The translations under genes were made by a program, and so were the position numbers. From the sequence record NZ_CP081909.1: a stretch of DNA of 32,968 nt; one strand, 5' to 3'. The notes under the pieces are model-generated. The model was not told the origin of the DNA and searched no databases. It saw only the letters and a list, made by a program, of their open reading frames with translations. Positions 7,541-15,630 of the stretch are shown here, piece after piece. The stretch is from a plasmid. Positions within the stretch are counted from its first letter, which is position 1; every line of letters begins with the position of its first letter.

Positions 7541-9049
7541 ATGGCAACAATGGCGGAGAAAATGGTGGCTTCACTGGAGGAATTAAGAAAGCTCCAGGAG
7601 AAAGACCGCTGTGTCGTTCTACAAGGGACGGCCGAGATAGGGAGGACGCATTTAACCCGGCTGTTGGATAACGGCTGGTTGCAGGAAGTAATGAAAGGCT
7701 GGTATATTGCGGCCAGGCCGGGAACAGAGGGGGATACGACGGTCTGGTACACCTCATTCTGGTATTTTATTGCGAAATATGCGGCCGTCCGGCTGGGGGA
7801 ACGGTGGTGTTTGACGGCCGACCAGTCGCTGGATCTGTATTCGGGGAAAACGACCGTGCCCGTGCAGGTGGTTATCAAGTCGCCGAAAGGCCATAACAAC
7901 ACGCAAAAGCTGATGTATGATACCTCGCTTTTGGTGTTTCAAAGCGAGATTCCGGATCAGGTATATAAAGAGCCGGAATACGGCCTTAATCTCTATCCGC
8001 TTGCCGAAGCCCTGGTATATGCCACGCCGAGATATTTCCAAGTGGAGAAGATCGCAGCCCGCACCTGCCTGGCCATGATACGGGACGCTGCCGATATATT
8101 AAAGGTACTGACGAAAAACGGGGCTTCGCTTCGTGCCGGAAGAATAGCCGGGGCGTTCCGGAACATCGGGAACAGCGAAATCGCCGACAGCATCGTTTCC
8201 ACGATGCGGGGGTTCGGGTATGACGTGAGAGAAGAAGATCCGTTCGAGGATCAGCCACGAACGCCCCTTGTTTATGAGGTGTCGCCTTACGTCACACGCT
8301 TGCGCCTGATGTGGGAGAACATGAGGGATAAGGTTGTAGAACTGTTTCCCGAAGCCCCTGGAAAGATTGATGACGTGGAGGGGTATTTGAGATCCGTCGA
8401 TGAAAAGTATTCGGAGGACGCTTATCATTCTCTCTCGATCGAGGGATATAGGGTTTCCCCGGAACTGATCGAGAAAGTGCGTGTCGGGAACTGGAAGCCG
8501 GAGGAAGAAGATAAGGAGCATAAAAACGCACTGGTGGCACGTGGGTATTACCAGGCGTTCCAGGCTGTCAGGGGGACGATCTCCGATATACTGAAAGGAA
8601 AGAACGCAGGGGAAGCGGTAAGGGCGGATCATCCCCTCTGGTATATGCAGATGTGGATGCCGTTCGTTACGGTGGGGATCTTGCAAAGGGAGGATCTTGT
8701 GGGTTATCGTACCGGGCAGGTCTATATACGGGGATCGCAACATATCCCGTTGAACCCGAAAGCGGTCAGGGACGCTATGCCCGTCCTTTTCGATCTCTTG
8801 AAGAATGAGCCGCACCCGGCGGTAAGGGCTGTCCTGGGACACTTCTTTTTCGTGTATATTCACCCCTATATGGACGGGAACGGGAGAATGGGACGGTTCG
8901 TCTTGAACGCCATGCTTGCGTCTGGAGGCTATAACTGGACGGTTGTTCCGGTGGAGCGTAGAAAAGAATATATGAAAGCGTTGGAAAAGGCCAGCGTGGA
9001 GGGGGATATTTCCGAATTTGCCAAAGTGATAGCCTCGCTGGTCAAGTAA
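7541..9049 (+). CDS. fic: Fic/Doc-family protein (AMPylator-type) with an approximately 300-aa N-terminal extension
   Basis: Canonical Fic motif HPYMDGNGRMGR near the C-terminus. An upstream SLSIEG matches the [ST]xxxE[GN] inhibitory-helix pattern of class II Fic proteins. Start moved to an internal Met downstream of three phased direct repeats. Confidence 0.75.
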   Translation: MATMAEKMVASLEELRKLQEKDRCVVLQGTAEIGRTHLTRLLDNGWLQEVMKGWYIAARPGTEGDTTVWYTSFWYFIAKYAAVRLGERWCLTADQSLDLYSGKTTVPVQVVIKSPKGHNNTQKLMYDTSLLVFQSEIPDQVYKEPEYGLNLYPLAEALVYATPRYFQVEKIAARTCLAMIRDAADILKVLTKNGASLRAGRIAGAFRNIGNSEIADSIVSTMRGFGYDVREEDPFEDQPRTPLVYEVSPYVTRLRLMWENMRDKVVELFPEAPGKIDDVEGYLRSVDEKYSEDAYHSLSIEGYRVSPELIEKVRVGNWKPEEEDKEHKNALVARGYYQAFQAVRGTISDILKGKNAGEAVRADHPLWYMQMWMPFVTVGILQREDLVGYRTGQVYIRGSQHIPLNPKAVRDAMPVLFDLLKNEPHPAVRAVLGHFFFVYIHPYMDGNGRMGRFVLNAMLASGGYNWTVVPVERRKEYMKALEKASVEGDISEFAKVIASLVK

Positions 9050-9071
9050 TGATATTTATAATAATGACAAT

Positions 9072-9470
9072 ATGAAATCAACGGAATATATCGAATGGGA
9101 TAAACTGGAGCAGATCCCGTTCTGCCTTTGCCGGATCGCGGAGGATGAAGAAAACCAGGAAATAGATGTTTATTATCTGGATAAACGGGTTTGCCATGAT
9201 TACGATCATGTGGGGCATTATTTTCGTACTGCGATAATCATGTTTAGAAGGATCAGGAACATAACGGCCGATTGGGTGAACCTCAAAAACCTTTGGTTGC
9301 TAAGGGACTGTATCAGGGAGAATTTTAATCATGGCCTGGAGGTGGACGATCTGATCTTCGGGGAAACATTCGACGGTGAGGATCCGGAAACTATAAAGCC
9401 GCTAACCAAAGAACGGCTGTTCAAGATTAAAAAGGTGATTCAGGAAAAAGATCCATACGCTACCGTATAG
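9072..9470 (+). CDS. Hypothetical acidic protein, possible Fic partner
   Basis: 132-aa ORF starting 22 nt after the fic stop on the same strand. No recognisable motif. Confidence 0.35.
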   Translation: MKSTEYIEWDKLEQIPFCLCRIAEDEENQEIDVYYLDKRVCHDYDHVGHYFRTAIIMFRRIRNITADWVNLKNLWLLRDCIRENFNHGLEVDDLIFGETFDGEDPETIKPLTKERLFKIKKVIQEKDPYATV

Positions 9471-9665
9471 GGGGGAGTATATAAAAACAAAACCCTGGAG
9501 TTTGTCTTGCGACAGGGACAACAGGGGATTACTACGCAAATATAGGGAGTATATCTCGTTTATACAAGGATTTTATGGCTTTTCTGGATTGATTTTAAAA
9601 AGAATAGAGGCTTGTTCCCTGGAATGTAGTATTTACTACTTTTAGTATTTTAGTATATTAGTACG

Positions 9666-9767
9666 CTTTTCTTTTGGAGGATTTGGGCGTTCCCGTAAAC
9701 GGTCGGGCTTTCCGCCTCCAAGTCCTCGCCTAAAGGCTGTGGGCTTTCCACTGCAATCCCTAACGCA
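9666..9767 (+). repeat. Non-coding element C, copy 1 (5' part of the 1-kb structured region)
   Basis: About 90% identical to 30313-30407. Core: CTTTTCTTTTGG..GGGCGTTCCCGT...CGGTCGGGCTTT.CGC.TCCAAGTCCTCGCCTAAAGGCTGTGGGCTTT.C.CTGCAATCCCTAACGCA. Confidence 0.5.
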
Positions 9768-10295
9768 TGAATACCCCCACCCACCCGATTAAGGTAGGCT
9801 ATTTCCGGATAGAGCCGTTCGGTGAAGCCAGCCGGATAAAAGCCGCCTGACTTTTCACTGATCGGCACAATCCGGGTACTCCGGTAGCCGATTGTCGAAC
9901 CCGGTTTTAAACCCCCTTTCAGGGGAGAGAGGTATTTTAGTTTTTCCGGTGTGGCCGCCTTGCGTTTACCTTGACCGGGGTTTTTGTCTGCAAAGGTCAA
10001 ACGGCTTTTTCCATATCCCAAGTTGAGCCGCAAGCGGCTTTTAGAAAAAATCTCCAGCCTGGCTAAAGCCAGGTAGTATTTTTCCTAAAAAACTTGTGCT
10101 ATGGAAAAAACCGTTTGGGGTGTTCTCATACAAAAACCCCTCGGAACTCAAGGTAAACGCAAGGCGACCACACCGACAGCCCCGAAAAACCAAAATGAGG
10201 TTGTCTTGATACAAAAACATCGGAATCTTAGGCATCCGCAAGGTTTTTTGGGGGGGAGAGGGTGCGAGGTGGGGAGTTTACTATCGGAAAAAATC

Positions 10296-10340
10296 AGGTA
10301 GTAAATACTAAATTTAGTATATACTAAAATACTACTTTTT
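10296..10340. promoter_or_regulatory. TAGTA/TACTA motif cluster upstream of ardC (includes the perfect palindrome TAGTATATACTA)
   Basis: GTAGTAAATACTAAATTTAGTATATACTAAAATACTAC, about 150 nt upstream of the ardC start. Confidence 0.45.
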
Positions 10341-10487
10341 CATATAATTATCTGATAAATAGTTAGTTAAATGTTGTTTAAATACTTGCATATCTCAAAT
10401 AAAAGTGCTATATTAGAGGTATAGAAAAAGAGATAACAACCTTTAGAACTGGCTCACCCACCAGGATAAAGAACGGGGGACGTAGTT

Positions 10488-11504
10488 ATGAAAACTGATT
10501 ATTTCGACAAGGCAGCGCAACAGTTTGCAAATTTGATGATCGAGAAGATCCAGCAGGTAGAGGACAATTGGCAAAAGCCCTGGATCACCATTGCGGCGAA
10601 TACACGCAATTTCTTTCCGCAGAACCTCACAGGACGCAGGTACGCCGGAGGTAACGCCTTTTTACTTCTTTTCCTTTGCGAGAAATTCCAGTACCAGACA
10701 CCCGTATTTATGACATTCAACCAGGCGAAAGAGGCCGGGATCTCCGTGCTGAAAGGATCGAAATCGTTTCCGGTCTATTACTTCCTTTTCTACGTGTACC
10801 ACAAGGAAACACGCAAGAAAATAACCTTTGAGGAATACAAGGCGTTAAGCCGGGAGCAGCAACAGGAATACAACGTTATACCGACCTATAAATATTACTC
10901 GGTCTTTAACCTGGATCAGACCAATTTTTCGGACGTGAGGCCGGAAGAATGGGAAGCGTTAAGGGAGAAGTTCAGAGGGGGACAGGCAGAGCAGCCCGAC
11001 GGGACAACCGGAGAGGCGCACCCCGAAATAGACGCCATGCTGGAGGCGAAAAGCTGGTTTTGCCCGATACGGGAGCAGCAAGGCGACAGGGCTTTCTATT
11101 CTCCTTTAGCCGATTATATCGTAGTGCCGCTTCGCTCGCAGTTCGTCGATATGCAGAGCTTTTACGAAACGCTTCTGCATGAAATGGGACATTCCACGGG
11201 ACACCCCACCCGATTGAACCGGGATCTTGCGCACCCGTTCGGATCAGAGGAATACGGCAAGGAGGAATTAACGGCCGAGTTCGCCGCAGCCCTGGCAGGA
11301 ATGTTTTTCGGGATAGCCGAACATATACGCACTGAAAACGCAGCTTATCTGAAAAGCTGGATAAAGGCGATCCGGGAAGAACCCAAGTTCATTTTAAACG
11401 TACTGGCCGACGCTATGAAAATTGTCAAGATGATAGCCGGGAAACTGAATATCTCCGTAGAAAGCGAGGAAACGGCAGCAGATGAAGCGGAACAGGTGGC
11501 ATGA
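10488..11504 (+). CDS. ardC: ArdC-like antirestriction protein (N-terminal ssDNA-binding DUF1738-like domain plus C-terminal zincin metalloprotease)
   Basis: N-terminal RRYAGGNAFLL (Y.G.N...L motif). C-terminal HEMGHSTGH (HExxH). About 340 aa. Follows the large structured non-coding region. Confidence 0.7.
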   Translation: MKTDYFDKAAQQFANLMIEKIQQVEDNWQKPWITIAANTRNFFPQNLTGRRYAGGNAFLLLFLCEKFQYQTPVFMTFNQAKEAGISVLKGSKSFPVYYFLFYVYHKETRKKITFEEYKALSREQQQEYNVIPTYKYYSVFNLDQTNFSDVRPEEWEALREKFRGGQAEQPDGTTGEAHPEIDAMLEAKSWFCPIREQQGDRAFYSPLADYIVVPLRSQFVDMQSFYETLLHEMGHSTGHPTRLNRDLAHPFGSEEYGKEELTAEFAAALAGMFFGIAEHIRTENAAYLKSWIKAIREEPKFILNVLADAMKIVKMIAGKLNISVESEETAADEAEQVA

Positions 11505-11676
11505 TACAAGGAAGATCCCCCGAAAGGGGGACAGCCTTTCGGGGGGAGTTCTTTTTGGCACTCGCCCCAAAAAGAACCAAAAAACGCTTTGCCGCTACAC
11601 TCCGTTTCGCTTTCATAGCTCTGATAATGCGTTTTTTGATTGGATAGATATATATTTGTAGATAAAATAATGTAAT

Positions 11677-12204
11677 ATGAACAAACCGAAGATTATACAG
11701 ATTATTGATGTTGTTTCCAATGCGATAGCAGGAAACCGTATCGACGAGGATTTTATAAAGAGTTGTATTTACGGAAAAGTGGATGCGGAACTGTATGCGC
11801 ATCTTTTAGGCAAATACAGGGGGTATGACGGGGATTTCTTTCAGTTTTATTTGGGGACGGACGATCGGATAAACCGGGCTTTGCTGGAGAACCTGGGGAT
11901 TAAGGTCGAACCCGACAAATATCCGGACTATGATAGCCGGATTGTTGCGCAGGTCGTCCAGGGAAAGAAAAGGTTTGATATTTATCCTTTCGAGTTGGAA
12001 GCCTTTAACAGATATGCCATGTTTGGCAATAATAATGCGCTTTCATGCCTGAAAGGGATTTCCCCGACAGCCGGGCAGACCGTCCGGGAAAACGGTATTA
12101 ACGAGTATGGAAACGCCTTGAATTGGTCGCTGTTCTGGATAAAGGCAAATCCGGAGGACAAAGCCCTGTTAGTGGATCACGTTTTGAATATCCCCGAACG
12201 ATGA
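11677..12204 (+). CDS. Hypothetical protein (first of a translationally coupled pair)
   Basis: 175-aa ORF. Its stop overlaps the next start (ATGA at 12201-12204). Confidence 0.4.
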   Translation: MNKPKIIQIIDVVSNAIAGNRIDEDFIKSCIYGKVDAELYAHLLGKYRGYDGDFFQFYLGTDDRINRALLENLGIKVEPDKYPDYDSRIVAQVVQGKKRFDIYPFELEAFNRYAMFGNNNALSCLKGISPTAGQTVRENGINEYGNALNWSLFWIKANPEDKALLVDHVLNIPER

Positions 12205-12680
12205 TAGCGGAATATTTCATTTACCGGAGAAAGGGGGATAAAGAGCCGTTTATCTCCCTGGGGGAAATGCCGCAATACGGGTTAAGGCCGAAACAGAAGT
12301 TTACCGGGAAAAAACTTAAAATAGAGGTGATCCGCAGGCTTTCCGGTGTGGAAATCGAGCAGACGGCCACCACTCCGCAGATAAACGCCTATATCGAGGC
12401 GAATATCTATGATACCGAACGTTGGCCGGAGTACCGGAAGTTATACCGACAGGTGGCCGGAGAGGTGGAAACCGTGGCTGACATCTTTACGCTCCAGTAT
12501 ATTTTAGTGGCCGAACTGGAGGATCAGACCAGGACGGGAAAGGACTGCCAGCCGCAGCCGACAGATCCGAAAGACGAGAGGCTGATACACCTAATCCGGT
12601 GCGAGCTTATGGGTGAACCCCTGGAAATGTACAAGACGATGATAAACCCGATCATCGCCTTAAAGAAACGTTTCGTTTGA
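12201..12680 (+). CDS. Hypothetical protein (second of the coupled pair)
   Basis: Internal ATG at 12201 overlapping the upstream stop. About 160 aa. The ORF track gives a longer 12123 start. Confidence 0.4.
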   Translation: MIAEYFIYRRKGDKEPFISLGEMPQYGLRPKQKFTGKKLKIEVIRRLSGVEIEQTATTPQINAYIEANIYDTERWPEYRKLYRQVAGEVETVADIFTLQYILVAELEDQTRTGKDCQPQPTDPKDERLIHLIRCELMGEPLEMYKTMINPIIALKKRFV

Positions 12681-12752
12681 TACTACATCTACTAAAAATA
12701 GTAGATACTACTTTTAGTATTTTAGTTCGTACGCTCAATCCTGGGAGAAAAA

Positions 12753-13145
12753 CTAATCGGGATATTCATTGAGTTCCCGGTATGCCTTAGCTAACTCTTC
12801 TTGGGTGTGACGTTTGAACTTTTTACGGCTTATGATGAAAGGCAACCTCTGATTCATTTCATTCTCGTACTCGTCCAGGAGATGTTTACCCCTTCCGGTA
12901 AGGACGACATGGGTACGGTCGTCGGAAAAGCGGATCTCTTTTAAATCTTCCATTGTATCTAATATACGGAGGATGATTTTCTCGTAAATGGGGGTACGCA
13001 GTAACGGGTGTGCGAGCATGGGGGAATTGTATTTTATATCGAAATTCTCGATGATCTCCGTCTGCACTTCCTCTATATGCTTGGGAAGTGCTTTTCCCAG
13101 CGTGTAGTAAACAGCTATCTGAAAGTCTTTGTAATTTGGAAACAT
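12753..13145 (-). CDS. Putative winged-helix (MarR-like) transcriptional regulator, divergent from the sprT-like gene
   Basis: 130 aa. Segment DDRTHVVLTGRGKHLLDEY resembles the MarR wing/recognition region. Its upstream region carries two composite palindromic operators. Confidence 0.35.
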   Translation of the reverse strand: MFPNYKDFQIAVYYTLGKALPKHIEEVQTEIIENFDIKYNSPMLAHPLLRTPIYEKIILRILDTMEDLKEIRFSDDRTHVVLTGRGKHLLDEYENEMNQRLPFIISRKKFKRHTQEELAKAYRELNEYPD

Positions 13146-13275
13146 GGGCGTATATGGTTTATTGGGAACGTGGATATTTTTAATATTTCCGTTCCGGGAT
13201 TCTTCGGCCGAAAGATAAAAAAATCTCTCGAATAATCTTTGGGATAGATGCGCTTTTTTTAGTAAATACTAAAAA

Positions 13276-13300
13276 TAGTATTTTTGTAATGCGCATTACA
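13276..13300. promoter_or_regulatory. Composite operator 1: TAGTATTTTTG plus the 16-bp palindrome TGTAATGCGCATTACA
   Basis: Exact palindrome. Same composite at 13392-13416 and 14258-14282. Lies in the divergent regulator/sprT intergenic region. Confidence 0.5.
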
Positions 13301-13391
13301 GTAGTGTATTTTGTAAACGTAACGTGTACTTATTCAAGTATTTTAGTAAAATGGGTATCTTTTATATCCGGTTATACTAATATTAGTATTT

Positions 13392-13416
13392 TAGTATTTT
13401 TGTAATGTACATTACA
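13392..13416. promoter_or_regulatory. Composite operator 2: TAGTATTTTTG plus TGTAATGTACATTACA
   Basis: See operator 1. Lies 45 nt upstream of the sprT-like start. Confidence 0.5.
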
Positions 13417-13460
13417 AAAATATCCGTATCTTTGCATTCAGATTGAAAAACAAAAGGCTT

Positions 13461-14147
13461 ATGATAACGACGATCCAGTTTAAGACGTTGGACGACTTGT
13501 ATCAGTTTTACAACGACGCAATTTTTAACGGTGAGCTTTCGGAATGTATCGTGAATATGTCCCGTCACGGTGGGGCGTTCGGCTTTTTCGCCGCCAACCG
13601 TTGGAGAGGGGACGGGCAGGAAAAAAAGGTCGTTCACGAGATCAGCATCAACCCCGATTTTATGAACCGGGAAGATCGGGACTGGCATTCTACCCTGGTA
13701 CATGAAATGTGCCATTTGTGGCAGGAGGATTTCGGCAGGCCGAGCCGGGGAGGGTATCATAATTCGCAATGGGCTGACAAGATGATCCAGGTCGGACTGA
13801 TGCCGTCCGACACCGGGGAGGCCGGAGGCAAAAGGACAGGCCAGAGCATTACGCATTATATCATTCCGGGAGGGAAGTTCGAGCAGGTTTTCAATACGCT
13901 AAGCCGGGAGGATCTGCAAAACTTGCGGCTTAGGTACAAGCCGACTTTGGCGGCTGTACCTACCCGGCCGATCCGCATCGCCGGAGGCGACGGGGACGAA
14001 ACGGAAGAACCGGAAGATCCGGACGAGGGGGAGAGCAAAAGCGGAAAGCGGAAGAAATACACCTGTGGGTGCGGCTGTAACGTGTGGGGAAAATCCGGGC
14101 TGGTGTTAAGGTGCGGACTGTGCGACACTGATTTTACGGAACAATAG
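13461..14147 (+). CDS. SprT-like zinc metalloprotease with a C-terminal zinc ribbon
   Basis: HEMCHLWQ (HExxH in SprT-like context). C-terminal CGCGCN...RCGLCD cysteine cluster. Start placed at the ATG (MITTIQ) after the TTG that the ORF track uses. Confidence 0.6.
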   Translation: MITTIQFKTLDDLYQFYNDAIFNGELSECIVNMSRHGGAFGFFAANRWRGDGQEKKVVHEISINPDFMNREDRDWHSTLVHEMCHLWQEDFGRPSRGGYHNSQWADKMIQVGLMPSDTGEAGGKRTGQSITHYIIPGGKFEQVFNTLSREDLQNLRLRYKPTLAAVPTRPIRIAGGDGDETEEPEDPDEGESKSGKRKKYTCGCGCNVWGKSGLVLRCGLCDTDFTEQ

Positions 14148-14165
14148 GAAACAGTGCAAAGGTCA

Positions 14166-14195
14166 GAAGCCCCCAGTAAAAACCCCGCCGGAGGC
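14166..14195 (+). repeat. Core of element E (D motif) downstream of the sprT-like gene
   Basis: GAAGCCCCCAGTAAAAACCCCGCCGGAGGCA, 19 nt after the stop codon. Confidence 0.35.
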
Positions 14196-14257
14196 AGATT
14201 TCAAGCATACTCGTTTTACTAAAATACTAAGATTAGTATAGACTTATCTTAGTCTTT

Positions 14258-14282
14258 TAGTATTATTGTAATGTGCATTACA
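14258..14282. promoter_or_regulatory. Composite operator 3: TAGTATTATTG plus TGTAATGTGCATTACA
   Basis: See operator 1. Lies between the sprT-like stop and the bidirectional terminator. A half-site TGTAATGTGCATT recurs at about 15955-15967. Confidence 0.45.
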
Positions 14283-14297
14283 ATATAGGGGTATATG

Positions 14298-14340
14298 AAA
14301 AAGTGGGGATGTCGTAATACGTCAATTCGCCCCACTTTTA
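14298..14340. terminator. Bidirectional terminator between the convergent sprT-like and rep genes
   Basis: AAAAAGTGGGG...CCCCACTTTT, a 10-bp stem flanked by A-runs and T-runs on both strands. Confidence 0.55.
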
Positions 14341-14422
14341 AGGCTTGACGTGCAATAGCCGTCAGCCCCCAGACGGACGGGAACCACCCCGGCCGCACAC
14401 AAATATAGAAAATCTTCTGGAT

Positions 14423-15463
14423 TTAACCAAACAGGTCGGGATCTTTCTTTTTCCCCCTGGCCTTGATACCGAAATCCTCACGCAGCATCTTTGCCAGTGA
14501 ATTTTGTGCGTGGGCTGTACTCATTTCACCGCTGCAAACCTTATCGTCGTAATATGCACAACGGTCGTACACGTCTTTCAGCCGTCCGCTTTCCAGGATC
14601 TTGTCGAGTGCCCTTACCGGGGTGTTGTCGCTCGGATAGCTTAAAGCACCGTAAACCCAACGGTAAACGAACGAGTATTGTTGTTGCTGGTCGCCTCGTA
14701 GTTCTTGGGGATTTCTCGCATGGATGAACAGGATAATCGTGTCGGCTTTCGGTTTTTGCCCCTTTTTAGGCGTTTTGCAGATGAATTTGTAATCGAACCA
14801 TACATCGGCCTCGCTTTCCTTGATTCGTGTCTGTGCAGGCCTTAAAACCTTTTGGTCGATCTGTGCGTTCGAGTAGGAGGCCGGGATCTCCAGGTCTTTG
14901 CAGAATTGGTCGATCGAGTAATAATACTCCCGTCTGTCCCGTTGGCTGCAAATGATCTTGTAGAGCCGCTTGGTGTAATTGCCCCGGAGGGTTAAGGCGA
15001 TGTTCTTCCCGTACCTTGTACCGCCGACACCCGTACCGTAGTAGAGCAGGAAAGGGATCGCCCAGGGGTTGAGCGTCAGGGCTACCCGGTTTGTGCCTTT
15101 GATGTTGTGTACCGTCGTTATCACCACCCCGAACGTTTCCACCGTCTGGTGGATATTGGGATGCACCCAGCGAAAGGAAAAGTTTTTCCGCATCATGGCG
15201 ATAGCCTCTTTCAGAACTTTGCTCTTGTTGTTCTTCCCCCCGGCTTCGTCGCATTTGATCTCGACGACAGGCTGGTTAAAGAGGTCTTTAGGCAGTTGTT
15301 TTTCCCTGGTCATGTGTTGCTGGATCTGGTCGCTTATCAGCGTCAGGAGGTTTTCTTGCCACTCGGTCACAGAGTACTGGCCGAATGTTACGTTATTCGG
15401 CTGGATTAACATTACTTCTTCCTCCGTAGGAGGAATATAGAGGGTGATGTCGTTGGTCGCCAT
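14423..15463 (-). CDS. Putative replication initiator (Rep) protein
   Basis: Three 33-bp-phased iterons immediately upstream, and a bidirectional terminator downstream. About 345 aa, starting at the MATNDITLYIPP Met. The ORF-track N-terminus begins at a TTG inside the iteron region and is unlikely. Confidence 0.45.
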   Translation of the reverse strand: MATNDITLYIPPTEEEVMLIQPNNVTFGQYSVTEWQENLLTLISDQIQQHMTREKQLPKDLFNQPVVEIKCDEAGGKNNKSKVLKEAIAMMRKNFSFRWVHPNIHQTVETFGVVITTVHNIKGTNRVALTLNPWAIPFLLYYGTGVGGTRYGKNIALTLRGNYTKRLYKIICSQRDRREYYYSIDQFCKDLEIPASYSNAQIDQKVLRPAQTRIKESEADVWFDYKFICKTPKKGQKPKADTIILFIHARNPQELRGDQQQQYSFVYRWVYGALSYPSDNTPVRALDKILESGRLKDVYDRCAYYDDKVCSGEMSTAHAQNSLAKMLREDFGIKARGKKKDPDLFG

Positions 15464-15544
15464 AGGCTTTTTTTTTGAGTTCGGGACAAAGTTAAAGAAA
15501 TAAAAGATACCGCCAAAAAATACCAAGTATTTTTTATTGTAACC

Positions 15545-15630
15545 TTTAGTAAAATGGGTATTTATTGGAGGGGGTAATTTTAGTAAAATAAGTATTTTCC
15601 CCCTTCGGATTTTAGTAAAATGAGTATTTT
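15545..15630. promoter_or_regulatory. Three direct iterons TTTAGTAAAAT(G/A)(G/A)GTATTT(T) with exact 33-bp phasing (candidate oriV and rep autoregulation site)
   Basis: Copies at about 15545, 15578 and 15611, immediately upstream of rep. A fourth copy, TTTAGTAAAATGGGTAT, lies at about 13342-13358 upstream of the sprT-like gene. Confidence 0.55.

Noticed and set aside
9780-10290. Group II intron or retron msr/msd interpretation of the structured region
   Set aside because: No reverse-transcriptase ORF nearby, no clear GUGYG...AY boundaries or domain V-like consensus, and I could not anchor conserved domains by eye. This is left as an unassigned structured element.
9650-10301. ORFs 9650-10033 (-), 10041-10241 (-) and 10101-10301 (+) inside the 1-kb region
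   Set aside because: They are low-complexity (G/P/K-rich), overlap the duplicated non-coding element C and the hairpin-dense segment, and have no motifs.
14423-15526. Extended N-terminus of rep (TTG start at 15526) as given in the ORF track
   Set aside because: That start lies inside the iteron array and gives a hydrophobic junk leader. The ATG at 15463 (MATNDITLY) gives a sensible N-terminus.
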